Shown piece after piece: positions 34,954 to 48,934 of a DNA stretch of 64,000 nt. Numbering within the stretch: position 1 is the stretch's first letter; each line of letters opens with the position of its first letter. Position numbers and translations under genes: made by a program. The stretch is from the human T2T-CHM13v2.0 reference genome, Homo sapiens: NCBI RefSeq assembly GCF_009914755.1, contig NC_060930.1. One strand, 5' to 3'. Below the pieces are notes generated by a model. The model did not search any database. It had not been told where the DNA came from and worked only from the letters and a program-made list of their open reading frames with translations.

Positions 34954-37900
34954 CCATCCCAGTGTGGCTATAATTAAACTCTGGCTTTGTTCTCTACTCC
35001 ATCTCTCCCAACCCACCCATTTTCTGCCCTGTTGTAGTGACAATAATCCATACTGATAAATACTTCAGAGTGGGAGGCTTGAGTTATGACATATGAAATA
35101 AGCAGCAGCAATGTATAGAGTTATTTTATATCTCATGTTACTACAGATGCTTACTGCTGTTCCCGGGGGACCCTTGGTCCTCCCTTTTAGGTATTCAGCT
35201 ATTGAGAGTAGGAATCAAATCAGTTTTCAATATTAAAAGATTTTCCCCCTCTTTATCCCCACAGCATGAGCATAAGGCCTGGGAAAAGGGCACATGTGAA
35301 ACAAACAAAGCGACAGGGGTGGTACTTGCCAACATGAATGACCCTGGCTCTGGCTCTTGGATGGATTTTTCCATTTAAAGAAAGAGGGTGAAGATAAATT
35401 AGATAATAATAAGAATGCCACTGCTGAACGCAACCGTGTGACCCTTTAATTTTTACTAAAATCAGCACATGAGGTGGGTATTTTTTACCCACCTCTATAT
35501 AGAAAAGGAAGTCAAAGCCCAAAGCAGTGAAACAGCTTGTGTAAGATCATGTATCTTAAGCAAGATGAGAGTCTGTGTGAGATTCAAACTCATGCCTTTG
35601 CCCTTAAACCAAAATATCTATCACGTTCCTTCTGACTCTCATTCTTTCGCAGTTTGATTTTATAATCTTTATGGCACAAATTGCTGCGAAATACAATCCA
35701 ATATGTAGAGTTGTAATGAATTTACATAGATTGAAGGTCAACTGCAAAAATGTAATACAATAAAATATTTTAATTGATATTTATGAAACACACAGGTCAA
35801 CTAAAATTCAATTATTACTTCTAAGGAATTAAGTTTCATCATTTTTGGCAATTTGTTATTTTTATGTCCATTTTTATAATGTATTTTGAGTCAGAATAAA
35901 ATGGACCCCCTTTTTTTTTCAAAACAATATAATTTCAAGTACCCTGTCTCTTTGTTTCAAAATTGACATAAGATGAATAAAGTACTGGTTTAGTAAACTC
36001 TGATTTTATTTGTTTCAACTATATGAAACTTCATTGGTAAGAACAAAGTCTAGATTGTTTTGTTAAATGTTAAATCTCAAATATAAAATGTCCAATTATT
36101 CCTGAGTCATTTTCTTTTATCTTATCTTCTCGGTTATCACCGTAGGGCAAATCATGATATGTGAGGATTTAGAATAAGCATTAGTTAAATACCTTATGAA
36201 CCATGAATGATTTCTTATAGGTTAGGTGATATGCTTCCATCTTTAAGTTCACATGAATCAAGTTAATCACAAAGTCATAAATTAAGTCAATCATAAAATT
36301 AAGATTCTGTTTTGTTGCTTAGGCAATCACGAAGAACAGAGAATAAAAGGAAAAGGAGGGACCCATTGAAGAAGGCTAATCTAACAACATGCCATTCACG
36401 AATCCCTTTGTCCTCTTGACACTGGCAGTTGGGGCTTCCTGATATGATTATTTGATGTTAAAATTGGTGGGGAAACCCCGCATTTTACTGCCAATAACTT
36501 GTTTTATTTGGAAAGTATTTTTTTCTTTTAACGGTATGGCAGTGCTATCAAATAAAGGTATACCTGTCCTTTTCTATTCTTCAATTAATTCTTAGAAGAA
36601 TATTGAATTTATGACCATTGCCCAATGGTGTATCATGATGCTTTAAGCAAAAATGTCTTTATCCTTTTACAAATTGGATAATAACTAAGGCAATGAAATC
36701 TAATGAATGAATACGCTCTTTATGTTTTCTCTGAAGGTGTGTGAGGAGCATTGGCTTTTAAGAAATGTACATCCTTGGGGTGCTCTGCTGAGACAGGCAG
36801 TGGAATGAGCAGGGTCAGGGAGCCAGGGGTTTGGGGCCCCCAACCAGGGTATGACTTTGGAAGGGGCCCTCATCATACTCATCGTCTCTCTAACTATGTT
36901 TTTCCATATACAAAATGAGAAAGAAAGCAGTAATTGAAAAACTCCTTTCCAGTCTTAAAGATCTGGGATTTTCAGCAGATGGAATAAGGAAAGTGATTTT
37001 TAGCTGTTAATTCTTTTCTGTTTTTAAAGAAAACAGCAAAATTGGGGTACAGAGATGATAATAAATTGTATTTATTCTTTATGATAGAAACAGAGTGATG
37101 GCTTTTAAAAATTACTAATTGCTCAGAATTGAAAATCACATTTCCTCCATTGTCCAGGAATATCTGGTGGATAAATTTGCCTTTTGATGGAAGGGCAAAC
37201 CTGCTATGTGGCGTTTAAAAGTGTAGGCTACACAGATAAGGTTGCTTATTTTGGAAACCCAGCTTTACTCCTCTCTGATAGGTCATCTTTGACTACATTC
37301 TCTAAGGTTATCACCAGGAACTGAAGGACTTGTGCTTTGAACACAGGAGATTTCTTTGCCCTGGAGGGCATTGGGAGACTGAACGTAGATATAGCCAAAT
37401 TAAAGAAGAGTAAGAATTGAGTTCATCCTAGAGTCTAATGTAGATCTGCTCTTGTACTCAATTAAATTCCTACCTTTAATTTAGGGCATTTGGTAAATTG
37501 TTCTGTCTCAAACTAATAGATAGTCTTTATATCTTTGATCAAGATTTGGGAAACATCAGTCTACAATATCAATAATGTGAACATGATATATAATCTAAAT
37601 ACAAATACACGGCCTCAAAAGTAGCTATCAACCTGTTTACAGTCTTCTTAAGGTTTGTGTTTCCTTCTCAGCTCTGTGTTTTTCTGTATGAACGCCGCAA
37701 AACTAAGTTCACAGCTGCAATGCAATTAGCAAGCTCTCTGAAAAACCACCTCCGTTTGTGGCTGCTAATGTATTTGCTATAGATTTTAGTGACAGAAATA
37801 GTGATATTAATGCTGTCAACATCTATGTCACTGCTTGCAGGCATCATGTAAACCAAAAGGTTACATTTTAAATTATGAAAGCCTGGGTTAAAAAAAAAGT

Positions 37901-40900
37901 TCCTCATTTTTCTGACTTGTCACATTAGAGTTTAAGATTATGTTATAGGTGCTCAGAATTAATCACAGAATGTTAGTTTAGGTAGAAATAAAATATCTGG
38001 AAAGTCTGTATAGCTTATTTAAGTATTTTAAATGTTATACTATATTCTCAATAATAAGATAAAATTCCATTTTATGAATAGCCTCAACATTTAGTTAGAT
38101 AATTTGTTTTTTACCCTCAGACTTACCTTTTTCTCTGCACATTCTCTGCTTTGAAATTATGAATAATACAATAATAACATTTCAGATTTTAGAAAAATCT
38201 ATGATTTTTAAGTTACTCAAAGCAACATACACACACACATATATATATATATGCAGAAAGTGTATAAATTTTATATTTACCAGATACTTGTTTGGTATTC
38301 TTCAGAATCACACAACTATAAAATGGTGGCACTAAGGGTAAGATGAAGGGTTGGTTTCAAAAATCAATACTCCTTATCTTTGATTCATATCTATACTCAT
38401 AACAACATGGCCAATAACCGAGGCAATGAAATCTAATGAATACAAGTATGAATATTCAGAACTATAATTTATAATTTGTATCTATGCTTTCTATGGTTTT
38501 GAACACCAATTTTCTTCTTACCAGAAAATACAGTTTGTTTTGGCTCTCTCTAGGATAAAGTTGAAAAATCTTGCAGAGGTTTTTTTTTTTTTTTTTTTTT
38601 GGTGGTATGTGTGTGTGTGGTGGGGGTGATAATAATAATTTTCTGTGGATACTTGAGGCTGAATGAAGGCATCTCTCTGTGGTCCTGTTGCTTGTCTTCA
38701 TTATAGTGACATCATGTTTTGGAAACAGAGGTATAAGTGGCTTTTTGCTTCTTCCTTTTTTATCCTTCTGGAAGCTGTAGAAAAAAGTACTAAAATGAAT
38801 AACTAGCACTTGGTCCATGAAACTTAAGAGTGCTTTAAAAAAAGATAAAAAATTAGACTTAAACATTTTACTAAATGGGAGAACTTAAAAACCTGAATCA
38901 GAAACCCTGATATACATGGTTACATTACTGCTTGGGAGATTTCATTTTCATGTGCTACTTAATTTCAGTTACCCACTCCTATATTAAATATAGAGAGTAT
39001 ATCCTCTACATCTGTAGGAACTTCTTTTTATGGATATGAATTTTGAAAAATCTGTCCATCACTTAATAATTAACATGGCTAACTAAGATGTTTACTGATT
39101 CATTCATTTTAAATGCTATTCATTGATCAAATACTTGCTAAATACCAGTTGCAAACTAGGCATCCTGCTAGATGCTAAGGATAGAGAATATTAGAAAGGA
39201 AACTAATCAGAGAAAGCCAAATTGACCCATTTTGTTACTTATAATTTCAGAACTCTCTAAAACTCCGGTTATATTGAGTGAAGTGGTGGAAGTTTTCTTA
39301 AGCTTTGCACTGAAACCATTGCAGGACTTGTTTTAAGATTATTTAATGCCATAAGTCAGTGCTGTCTCTAGTAAGAAAGCTCATTCACAAAACATTATAG
39401 AATTTGCAAGGATCTATTTTGTAAGGAAGTGAGATCTGGTTATATTTTTCCTAAAAATCAGTACTGTTTGATTCTGTTTTTAAAAGTCCGATCAAAGACA
39501 AATTGGAAGCTATACAGGAGAAAGCAGGAGTGCTTCTGTTGTTTTAGGCAGTTACTTTTAACTCATGTTTCAGGTCAAACTTTAGTGAATGATGAACAAA
39601 AAGATAACTTCAGCCTTATGTTTGGATTGTCACACTGGATGCTATTTATTCTTTGTGGGCTTCTGATTGCAAATGAGGTGAGCATGGACTTTGGTGAATC
39701 AGTTTTGTTGACGCTATTGTTTTATCAAATAACTAATTTATTAAAAGAATGCATGAAGCTTCAGACTGTAATCAGTCCGTATTGGGAGAAAAAAAATCAT
39801 TTGTGGAACAGTTCAAATGCCAATGACTATAGTATTTTCCAGCTCTGAAAAAAAAAAAGAAGTAACTAGAAATGAATTATGTTAAGTTACTAACTGAATT
39901 TCTTCTGAAATCCCCAGAAACTGAACAAGAGATCAGAGATGTTTTGTGGGTTTCTTTTTGAAGTCAATCAAACAATAATGGTGATTGACACATTTGGTAC
40001 CTAAATGGTTTAACTTTTGGCTGTTGCGTCGATTTCATTAAATTCAATGAGATTTCTGTTATGCAGAACTTGCCAAAGAAAATTTGCATACCAGAAAGCA
40101 AGTAGTCATGGAATTTATCCATTAGCCTTTTTTTTCTCCTCCACCAAAGGTCAACAAATGCAAAGGTTTGATTCTGGATGGAGTTCATTTGGATGTGTCA
40201 CCAGGAAGGGTATCTTAGCATTGCAGGCTGCCGAAATTTGGAAGAATCCACCCTCATTGATTGTCTTTGTTCTTTGCTGGTTTACACAGCAAATATAGTG
40301 GAATATCTGATCTGCAAGGCCAGACATATAAATAATTTCACCTTTTCAGTGGCAGTTGAAGGCCTAATCCATAGCAAAGTTACTAAAGAAAAAGTTTTAT
40401 AGGTATTTAGTTTTTTCCCATGTTTTCTTGATCATTTTACTCCTAATTAAATCTCTCACCTCATTGCTGATATTAAGAATGGTGGTAGGAATAATTTTAG
40501 CCTTTGGGTTTTGTTGATTGATTTAAAAATGACAAGGTTTTTGTTAGTTATTCTGACTAGCCCTTAAATTATTATTTTAGAAAGTGCTTTCTCGTTGTCT
40601 GATGATTTGAGAAGTGGCCTGAAAAAAAACAAAGGTATTCCTCATGCTGTGGTTAAATGGAAGCTGAGATCTGCCAATCAATCCTTATCTACCAAATTTA
40701 ATTTAGAACATTGTGTTCTTCCATATCTAAAATAGCATAAATTTAGCAATACCATACTTTTTCACAGTGATGTTATGTTTAGTTTATGAAAATTATATTT
40801 TTTTGAAAAATTAGCATTATATTTCAATTCTACTTTTACTGTCATTATGAGAGGTGACAGCGTGCTGGCAGTCCTCAGAGCCCTCGCTTGCTCTCAGCAC

Positions 40901-41047
40901 CTCCCCTGCCTGGGCTCCCACTTTGGTGGCATTTGAGGAGCCCTTCAGTCCCCCACTGCACTGTGGGAGCCACTTTCTGGGCTGGCCAAGGCTGGAGCCC
41001 ACTCCCTTAGCCTGCAGGAAGGTGTGGAGGGAGAGGCGCGAGTGGGA

Positions 41048-41716
41048 ACCGGGGCTGCAGGTGGAGCTGCCTGCCAGTCCCGCGCCGTGCACTCGCATTC
41101 CTCAGCCCTTGGGTGGTCGATGGGACTGGGTGCCGTGGAGCAGGGGGTGGTGCTCGTCGAGGAGGCTCGGGCGGCACAGGAGCCCACGGAGGAGGGGGAG
41201 GCTCAGGCATGGCGGGCTGCAGGTCCCAAGCCCTGCCCCACGGGAAGGCAGCTAAGGCCCGGCGAGAAATCGGGCACAGCGCCGGTGGGCCGGCACTGCT
41301 GGGGGACTCAGTACACCTGGCGCTTGCGGGCCAGCTGGAGTTCCGGGTGGGCGTGGGCTTGGTGGGCCCCTGCACTCGGAGCAGCCAGCCAGCCCTGCTG
41401 GCCCCGGGCAATGGGGGACTTAGCACCTGGGCCAGTGGCTGCGGAGGGTGTACTGAGTCCCCCAGCAGTGCCGGCCCACCGGCGCTGTGCCCGATTTCTC
41501 GCCGGGCCTTAGCTGCCTTCCCGTGGGGCAGGGCTTGGGACCTGCAGCCCGCCATGCCTGAGCCTCCCCCTCCTCCGTGGGCTCCTGTGCCGCCCGAGCC
41601 TCCTCGACGAGCACCACCCCCTGCTCCACGGCACCCAGTCCCATCGACCACCCAAGGGCTGAGGAATGCGAGTGCACGGCGCGGGACTGGCAGGCAGCTC
41701 CACCTGCAGCCCCGGT
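41048..41716. repeat. Perfect 270-bp inverted repeat with 129-bp spacer
   Basis: 41048-41317 is the exact reverse complement of 41447-41716 on base-by-base reading. The ORF track shows identical peptides on opposite strands (e.g. [16 protein letters not shown]...). Confidence 0.97.
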
Positions 41717-41779
41717 GTGGGATCCACTGGGTGAAGCCAGCTGGGCTCCTGAGTCTGGTGGGAATGTGGAGAGTCTCTA

Positions 41780-42500
41780 TATCTAGCTCAGGGATTGTAA
41801 ATACACCAATCAGCACCCTGTGTTTAGCTCAAGGTTTGTGAGTGCACCAATTGACACTCTGTATCTAGCTGCTCTGGTGGGGCCTTGGAGAACCTGTGTG
41901 TCTAGCTCAGGGATTGTAAATACACCAATCGGCACTCTGTATCTAGCTCAACGTTTGTAAACACACCAATCAGCACCCTGTGTTTAGCTCAAGGTTTGTG
42001 AGTGCACCAATCGACACTCTGTATCTAGCTGCTCTGGTGAGGATGTGGAGAGTCTTTATATCTAGCTCAGGGATTGTAAACACACCAATCAGCACCCTGT
42101 GTTTAGCTCAAGGTTTGTGAGTGCACCAATCGACACTGTATCTAGCTGCTCTGGTGAGGACATGGAGAACCTTTATGTCTAGCTCAAGGATTGTAAATAC
42201 ACCAATCGGCACTCTGTATCTAGCTCAAGGTTTGTAAACACACCAATCAGCACCCTGTGTTTAGCTCAAGGTTTGTGAGTGCACCAATCGACACTCTGTA
42301 TCTAGCTGCTCTGGTGGGGCCTTGGAGAACCTGTGTGTGGAAACTCTGTATCTAACTAATCTGATGGGGACGTGGAGAACCTTTGTGTCTAGCTCAGGGA
42401 TTGTAAACGCACCAATCAGCGCCCTGACAAAACAGGCCACTCGGCTCTACCAATCAGCAGGATGTGGGTGGGGCCAGATAAGAGAATAAAAGCAGGCTGC
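41780..42500 (+). promoter_or_regulatory. LTR12C U3 enhancer/promoter array (NF-Y CCAAT repeats, GC box, TATA-like box)
   Basis: Tandem TCTAGCT...ACACCAATC units with 12 CCAAT boxes, then GTGGGTGGGG, AGATAA and AATAAAA. This is the established ERV9 LTR architecture; activity of this copy is unknown. Confidence 0.75.
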
Positions 42501-45500
42501 CGGAACCAGCATTGGCAACCCACTCGAGTCCCCTTCCACCTCGTGGAAGCTTTGTTCTTTCGCTCTTTGCAATAAATCTTGCTACTGTTCACTCTTTGGG
42601 TCCACGTTGCTTTTATGAGCTGTCACACTCACCGTGAAAATCTGCAGCTTCATTTCTGAGCCCAGCCAGACCACGAGCCCACCGGGAAGAACGAACAATT
42701 CCACAAGCGCTGCGTTAAGAGCTGTAACACTCAACCGTGAAGGTCTGCAGCTTCACTCCTGAGCCAGCGAGACCACGAACCCACCAGAAGGAAGAAACTC
42801 CGAACACATCTGAACAAAAAGGGACAGACTCCAGATGCGCCACCTTAAGAGCTGTAACACTCACTGCGAGGGTCGGCGGCTTCATTCTTGAAGTCAGTGA
42901 GACCAAGAACCCCCCAAATTCCAGACCCAATTAGATTTGTCATTAAATCTTTGGTCTGGGGAGGGTGAAGAGGGAAAGGTATTGATAATTAAAGCCCATT
43001 TCAGACAGGGAGGAAGAGAAAGCCAAGACCAGTCCAACCCAATTGGTAGGTTTACAAAATAGGCTGGAGAGAGTTAACCTCAAAAGGGTGCTGAGCCCAC
43101 TGGTATCTTGTGGGCTGAGGTTCAATTCATGGTCCCTCCTTGAATGGGGAGATGGAAGTATGGGGCAGAGAACTAGGCAGGGTTTATAATGAAATTAAAG
43201 GCAGAATTTCATGCCTGCAAATACAGTTAAAAGATAGAATGAAAAAAAAAAGCAAGGGGTTTAACTTAACTCAGTATTTGGTATTAGGACCTCAGGTCCT
43301 AGCTTATGCTTTTTGCCCTTGGCATACATACCCAGAAACTGGAGAATAAAAAAAGACGAAGGAAATTAGTCAGGATGTGAAACGCCATTAAGTATAACAG
43401 AGCAGCTGGGTTTGCAAAATTCAACTTTGGAAGATGGTTAGGAATTATTTTTCTATTTGGTTCTGTAACTGAAACAAGAGTCTAGGTGTTGACTTTTGAG
43501 AGTCAGAATATTCTCGGTGATATTGGTGCACTACAGATTTCAGAGGGATTCTGTGGTACAGTGCACTGTTCTCAACCCCCAAGTCTTCAATTTGTCTCCC
43601 GATAATAAATAATGTAAATAATGCTAAAATTAAATGAAAGGCCATTTCACAAGAAAACAAACAAACCCCTAAACATTAAAATGACAGAAGAGTCCCCAAA
43701 CAGAGTGGAAAGCCCTGGAGTGGTGGCCTCACCATGGTAAAACTAAATCATCAATACAAGCAGGTTCTAATAAACCATTCAGCGTGATAAAGGGGCGCTA
43801 TTATGTTACAAAGCCCAGAAGGCTCTGCTTACTGCTGCTACCATGAAGTGAATAGGTTAAAAGATTTTAAATGGGATTGCCATGGCTTTCTACAGCAAAA
43901 ATGCAGGGCTACAGGCAGATAACATGGCTTTATTAATGCAGATGCTGGGACACTAATACAAATTAGAAGTGTCTATGATGTTAGACAATTTGGTTTGTCT
44001 CATTCAAAAAATTAGTGGTCTTGGCCAGAAAGAAAACACACTTACAGAAAGGATTTTAGTAAGAGTCTATTTGGAAAATTAGTCAAGTTTTCCTATTTAA
44101 TAGAAGCTTCTAGAAGAAAAGTAATTGCCCAATTAATGTTTGTTTAATAATATTTTTCAGTGCTGATGATGTACTAGGTACTGTTCTGGGTACTCTTATG
44201 CTTGAAAAGGTCACTGTGTTTGTTTACAATATAGTCTCCTATCCATGAGGCCCAGCACTGGGCATACATTTATTCTATCTTTTATGTGGTTTGTATATAA
44301 CCATAGAAACCTTAAGAATAAAAAAAAACTCTTTTAAAAAGTTATGCACCCATTATTTTGACATTCTTCTCATTTTTGTCCATGTGATTCTAACCACTTC
44401 CTGACCTTTAGTGCTACAAAGTCAAACAAAAAAGAAATGAAGGTGAAGAGACAGTAACATTTCTAAATGCGGGTCAATATTATTGTGCAGCATTATGTGA
44501 GAGTCTGGCATCCCTTTGCTGATCACTAAAATTGGTTATGTTATAAATATTACCTGATGACTTGACATACAATTTTGTTCAGTATTGGAAAATGAAAAAA
44601 AAAGGATGTGAAATAGACTGTATTATGTTGATATAATCTCCTGGCAATAGAACCCTGGCACTGTACTACTGTCATGCTTTTAATTATGTAACTAAGTAAT
44701 CACACGTTAAAGTCTCATGGAAAATGATCCCTTATTCCCATGATACCCTATTTTATTGTTTTCTAAATGGGTTTCAGAATAACGATGCGAACTTGTATAG
44801 AAAAAAATTATTTATGGTATTATACTCTTTGTGCTTCTCATGTAATATAAAGATATGCTGTGGTTTTTTAGTTTTAATTTGTGCATGTTTTTTAAAAGTT
44901 GAAAGGTACTTACTCATAATGACAAAATGTTTTGGTGTGACTCAATATTGTTAAACTTTACTTATGGCAAAAATTGATGCAACATATATTAATAATTCTC
45001 CAGGAAACTGTTCTTTCATTGATTTATGGGGGGGTGTCCTAATAGATCAAGTTTTGCAATGGGTTGAATGTGTTGAAAACCCTGCCCTGGGTTGATTAGT
45101 CTGCAATGAACTCTTTAACTTGTTTTCCCAACTAATTGTGTTTATGTGTGACCATGTATGCATGTGTGCCCATGTATGCTTGTGCGCAGTTGTGTGTGTG
45201 TGTGTCTGTATGTATGTGTTTGTGGGGAAGGTTCACCAGATTATCTTTGATTCTTAATCTTTCAGAACTGGCACAATGTTAAAGTGGTTACTGCATGGTA
45301 TGAAGTGACCTAGGGGGTCTCTTCAAAAGCAGATAAGGATAAAAACTTAGGGAGAAAATATTTTTATTACTTTAATCAAAAGCCATAAACATAGTGGGTG
45401 TGACTGATCATTGAACAACAAGGTGCATTTGCACTTGGATATGCATTTGGATGGCTTTTGTCCTGACCTCTGTTCACACAACCATAACTAGTTTAATATG

Positions 45501-46399
45501 GTAGCTTAGAGTTAGCTGGCTTTGTGCAATCACAATGGTCAATGAAATAATTCTGTATGTGTCTACCTGTATAAATGGACTTTCAAAACAAAATTTTATG
45601 TTTTTGAGGTTTAAAATAGCATGTAGCTAACAGATGCTGGTGTAAACCTTTGCAAGTTCCTATAAAAGTATGGAAAGATCAAAATTGCCATACCAAAATA
45701 TAAACAAAATAAAAACAAGCAAATATACAAGCAAATAAAAATAAACAACACTAGCATTAATCCAATTTCAGAATCTGGAAGAATGTTCTAATAACCATAA
45801 GGATGATGGAACTAAACTGAAGAGGGAACCATGCTCTAACTGTAATAAAAATAATTGGGGAGATCTGCTTTCTTGCAGTGTCTACTTCTTCGTTGGTGAG
45901 ACAATTGTCCTGCAGAACCATCACTCCTTGAGGCACAGTATTGGCCACCTGTCTTGTGTCTCCTCTAGTCAGGAATGCTGAGCCTCACAAAACAACCAGG
46001 TGCAAGGTGGCCTTGGGGCTGGAGAATTGGTAGCAGCATATTATACTATGGGTGATACTGTTTCTACAAGGAAATCTAGGATGAATTGTGTGGGTGACAT
46101 TTTGTACTGACAATTATGGCTTTCCATGCCTTTCATCCACCCATAGTACAAAAGGTCTGACAACGCATGTGAAGTTTAGAAAGACCCAGAAAAAGTCTAC
46201 TGGAAAGTGGTAATTGGACCCTCTTGATTCAATAGGGGCATACAAACCAGCCCCTGAGTGTGTGGAGAATAGGTTGATGGGTAGGGCCCATTTGCTGTTC
46301 ACTGGTAAATAGTGAATGAGTCAGCACAGATACCTCCTGATTTCTGGATGAACCAACAGAAAAATCAACAACAACTAAACTTGAATAGGGTCCATAAAA

Positions 46400-47900
46400 G
46401 GCTCTTCTACATCAAGGCACATGAAACATTATTCTGAAAACTCAGAGTCAGTGTATCATGAAAATGATTTGTATGAGGAATTAGAAGAAAGCAAAACTTT
46501 TTAGGCATTAATAGTAAGATGCCATGAAGATGCAGCTTCTCTGGAATAGTCACAGAATATTAAAAGAGGAAAGGCGAAATGAAAGGAAAACAATGCCAGT
46601 AGGAGAAGGATAAGACAGAGATGAATTTCTGTGCCGTGATACATTGAGTAGGATAATTAAAATTTATATTGGAGACATGAAGAGCAGAGCTGACACTTGG
46701 AAAATCACATCAGTGAGTCCAGGGCAAATTTGGGAAGAAGAACTTCCATACAACAGGTGAACAAACAAATTCAATTGAAATACTGGATTTCAAAAGAAGA
46801 TGACACATCTGAAGAATAGAGAATGGAGATTCTAACCTAATGATAACTATTCCTAATGGGAAAAGCAAACAAACATTCAGAATCATTGATGACAATTTCA
46901 CTAGCAGAAAAAATGGTGTAAACATGCAGATCAAAAGACTCTGTATGTTTCAGTTAACATTAATAAGGAAGGTCACAGGTAAAAATAGAGGTTGCTAAAA
47001 CTTCTTTCCAGCTTTATTGAGGTATAATTGACAAGAAAAAATTGTTTTTATTTAAGGTGTACAATGTCATAATTTAATGTACACAAATAAATTAAAAATA
47101 AACCTTTAAAGCATCCAGGCACAACAGCAACAAAAAATATATTATTAAAAGAGGAAAAATCAAACTGATTTCATACATCTCTGAAAAGCTAAGTGTCTTA
47201 GTCCGTTTTAACACTGCTATAAAGAACTACCCGAGACTGGGTAATTTATAAAAGAAAGATGTTTAATTGACTCACAGTTCAGCATGGCTGGGGAGGCCTC
47301 AGGAAACTCACAATCATAGTGGAAGGCAAAGGGGAAGCAAGGCACCTTCTTCACAAGGCAACAGGAAGGAGAATGAACACAACAGTAACTATCAAACTCT
47401 TATAAAACCATCAGGTCTCTTGAAAACTCACTCACTATCATGAGAACCACTTGGGGGAAACTGCCACATGATTCAGTTATCTCCACCTGGTCTTTCCCTT
47501 CACCATGAAGATTATGGGGATTACAATTCAAGAAGATGTTTTGGGTGGGGGACACAGCCAAACTATATTACTGAAATAATGAAAATAATTTGAAATAATT
47601 TTCAAACAATTCAAATTTCAAATAACTGAAAATGATGGCAAACTTCTCTAGATCCCTGACAAGAAAATATTCTGTCTCAACAATTATACACCTGACTGTG
47701 TTATCTTTCTTTTATAAAAGCAAAAGACATTCTTTATTGTACAAGGGTTTAAAATATATTATCTCACGTAGATTAAACATTACTTCCATTGATTATGGGA
47801 TTAATCTACATTAAAATCTTAAAACAAGATCCTAGACTCCATCCCAAGGAAATAATAGAACACGTGGACAATGCTATCTATCATAGGTACTTCATTGTTA
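46400..47900 (+). mobile_element. Degraded ancient L1M (ORF1-region-like) remnants
   Basis: Purine/A-rich sequence with L1 ORF1-like phrases, interrupted by THE1. Boundaries are uncertain. Confidence 0.4.
47194..47570 (-). mobile_element. THE1 (C/D-like) solo LTR
   Basis: TGTCTTAGTCCG...GAGACTGGGTAATTTATAAA...GACTCACAGTTCAGCATGGCTGGGGAGGCCTC...GACACAGCCAAACTATATTA. Confidence 0.92.
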
Positions 47901-47942
47901 TAAAAATCACAGATCAAAAGTGTTACAAAAATCACTTCATTG

Positions 47943-48281
<339 letters not shown>

Positions 48282-48934
48282 TCAACATTAGGAAGCAGTT
48301 TCATATTTTGGGCAATGCAGACATAAAACTTACCATCACAGAAAGGTTTTCCATGGCATAGTAAAATGCTTGTCAGCAGTCAACTATGAGCTTCCTGAGA
48401 GCCGTACCATGTGTGTTTTGCTTACTGTTGTCTCCTCAGCACTTGGCATGATTTCTGGCACATGAAATATTTGCTGACCATAATAGTGAAAAATGATTAA
48501 ATGTGGCAGGAGGTAAAATTGTATGTAGAGTATCATCTTACATATATTTACCCCTGGAAAAAAAATGCTGGGCGAGTTAACTTCCCCTAGCTCCTTGTTA
48601 GGATGAACCCATCAGCAGCTGAGAAATACTGACCCATGGCTAGTGGGGAGCACTGAAGGAATCTGGACTTAGGTTTTGCTTGTAACAGCAACAGTTGGGA
48701 CAGACTTCCATGGAATGCTGTGCGTGTCTGGCATCACACTTAGTATGCATTTGCAATTATATGTAGGTCAATCTAGAATGTAAAGCTCTTCAAAGGCTTC
48801 CAACACAAAGCAAGTAATCATATGTTTGTGGAATGCAGCAGAGCTAAGCAGTTCTGTGTTTAATCAGCTCTAATAGGGTGAATAATAACTTACTGGGCAT
48901 CACTTTTGTGATAGAAATGCATCTTATGTCTGGA

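Larger units (their letters stand above)
40848..42929 (+). mobile_element. LTR12C (ERV9) solo LTR with internal inverted duplication
   Basis: TGAGAGGTGACAGCGTGCTGGCAGTCCTC start; GC/CpG-rich 5' U3; array with 12 CCAAT boxes; GAATAAAAGCAGG TATA-like box at ~42485; AATAAA at 42571; U5 repeats; ends ...AATTCCAGACCCA; 4-bp TSD ATTA at 40844-40847 and 42930-42933. Confidence 0.96.

Noticed and set aside
39429-39848. 139-aa ORF in unique sequence
   Set aside because: GTG start, no recognisable domain or codon bias, and no supporting exon structure; compatible with chance in six frames of 64 kb.
40850-41720. CpG-island-like segment suggesting a host gene promoter
   Set aside because: It lies entirely within the LTR12C and its duplication.
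40817-41841. Longest ORFs in the window (269, 242, 162 and 133 aa) with shared peptide blocks
   Set aside because: They come from GC-rich LTR12C U3 with few stops, and the duplicated peptides simply mirror the inverted repeat. No protein family is recognisable.
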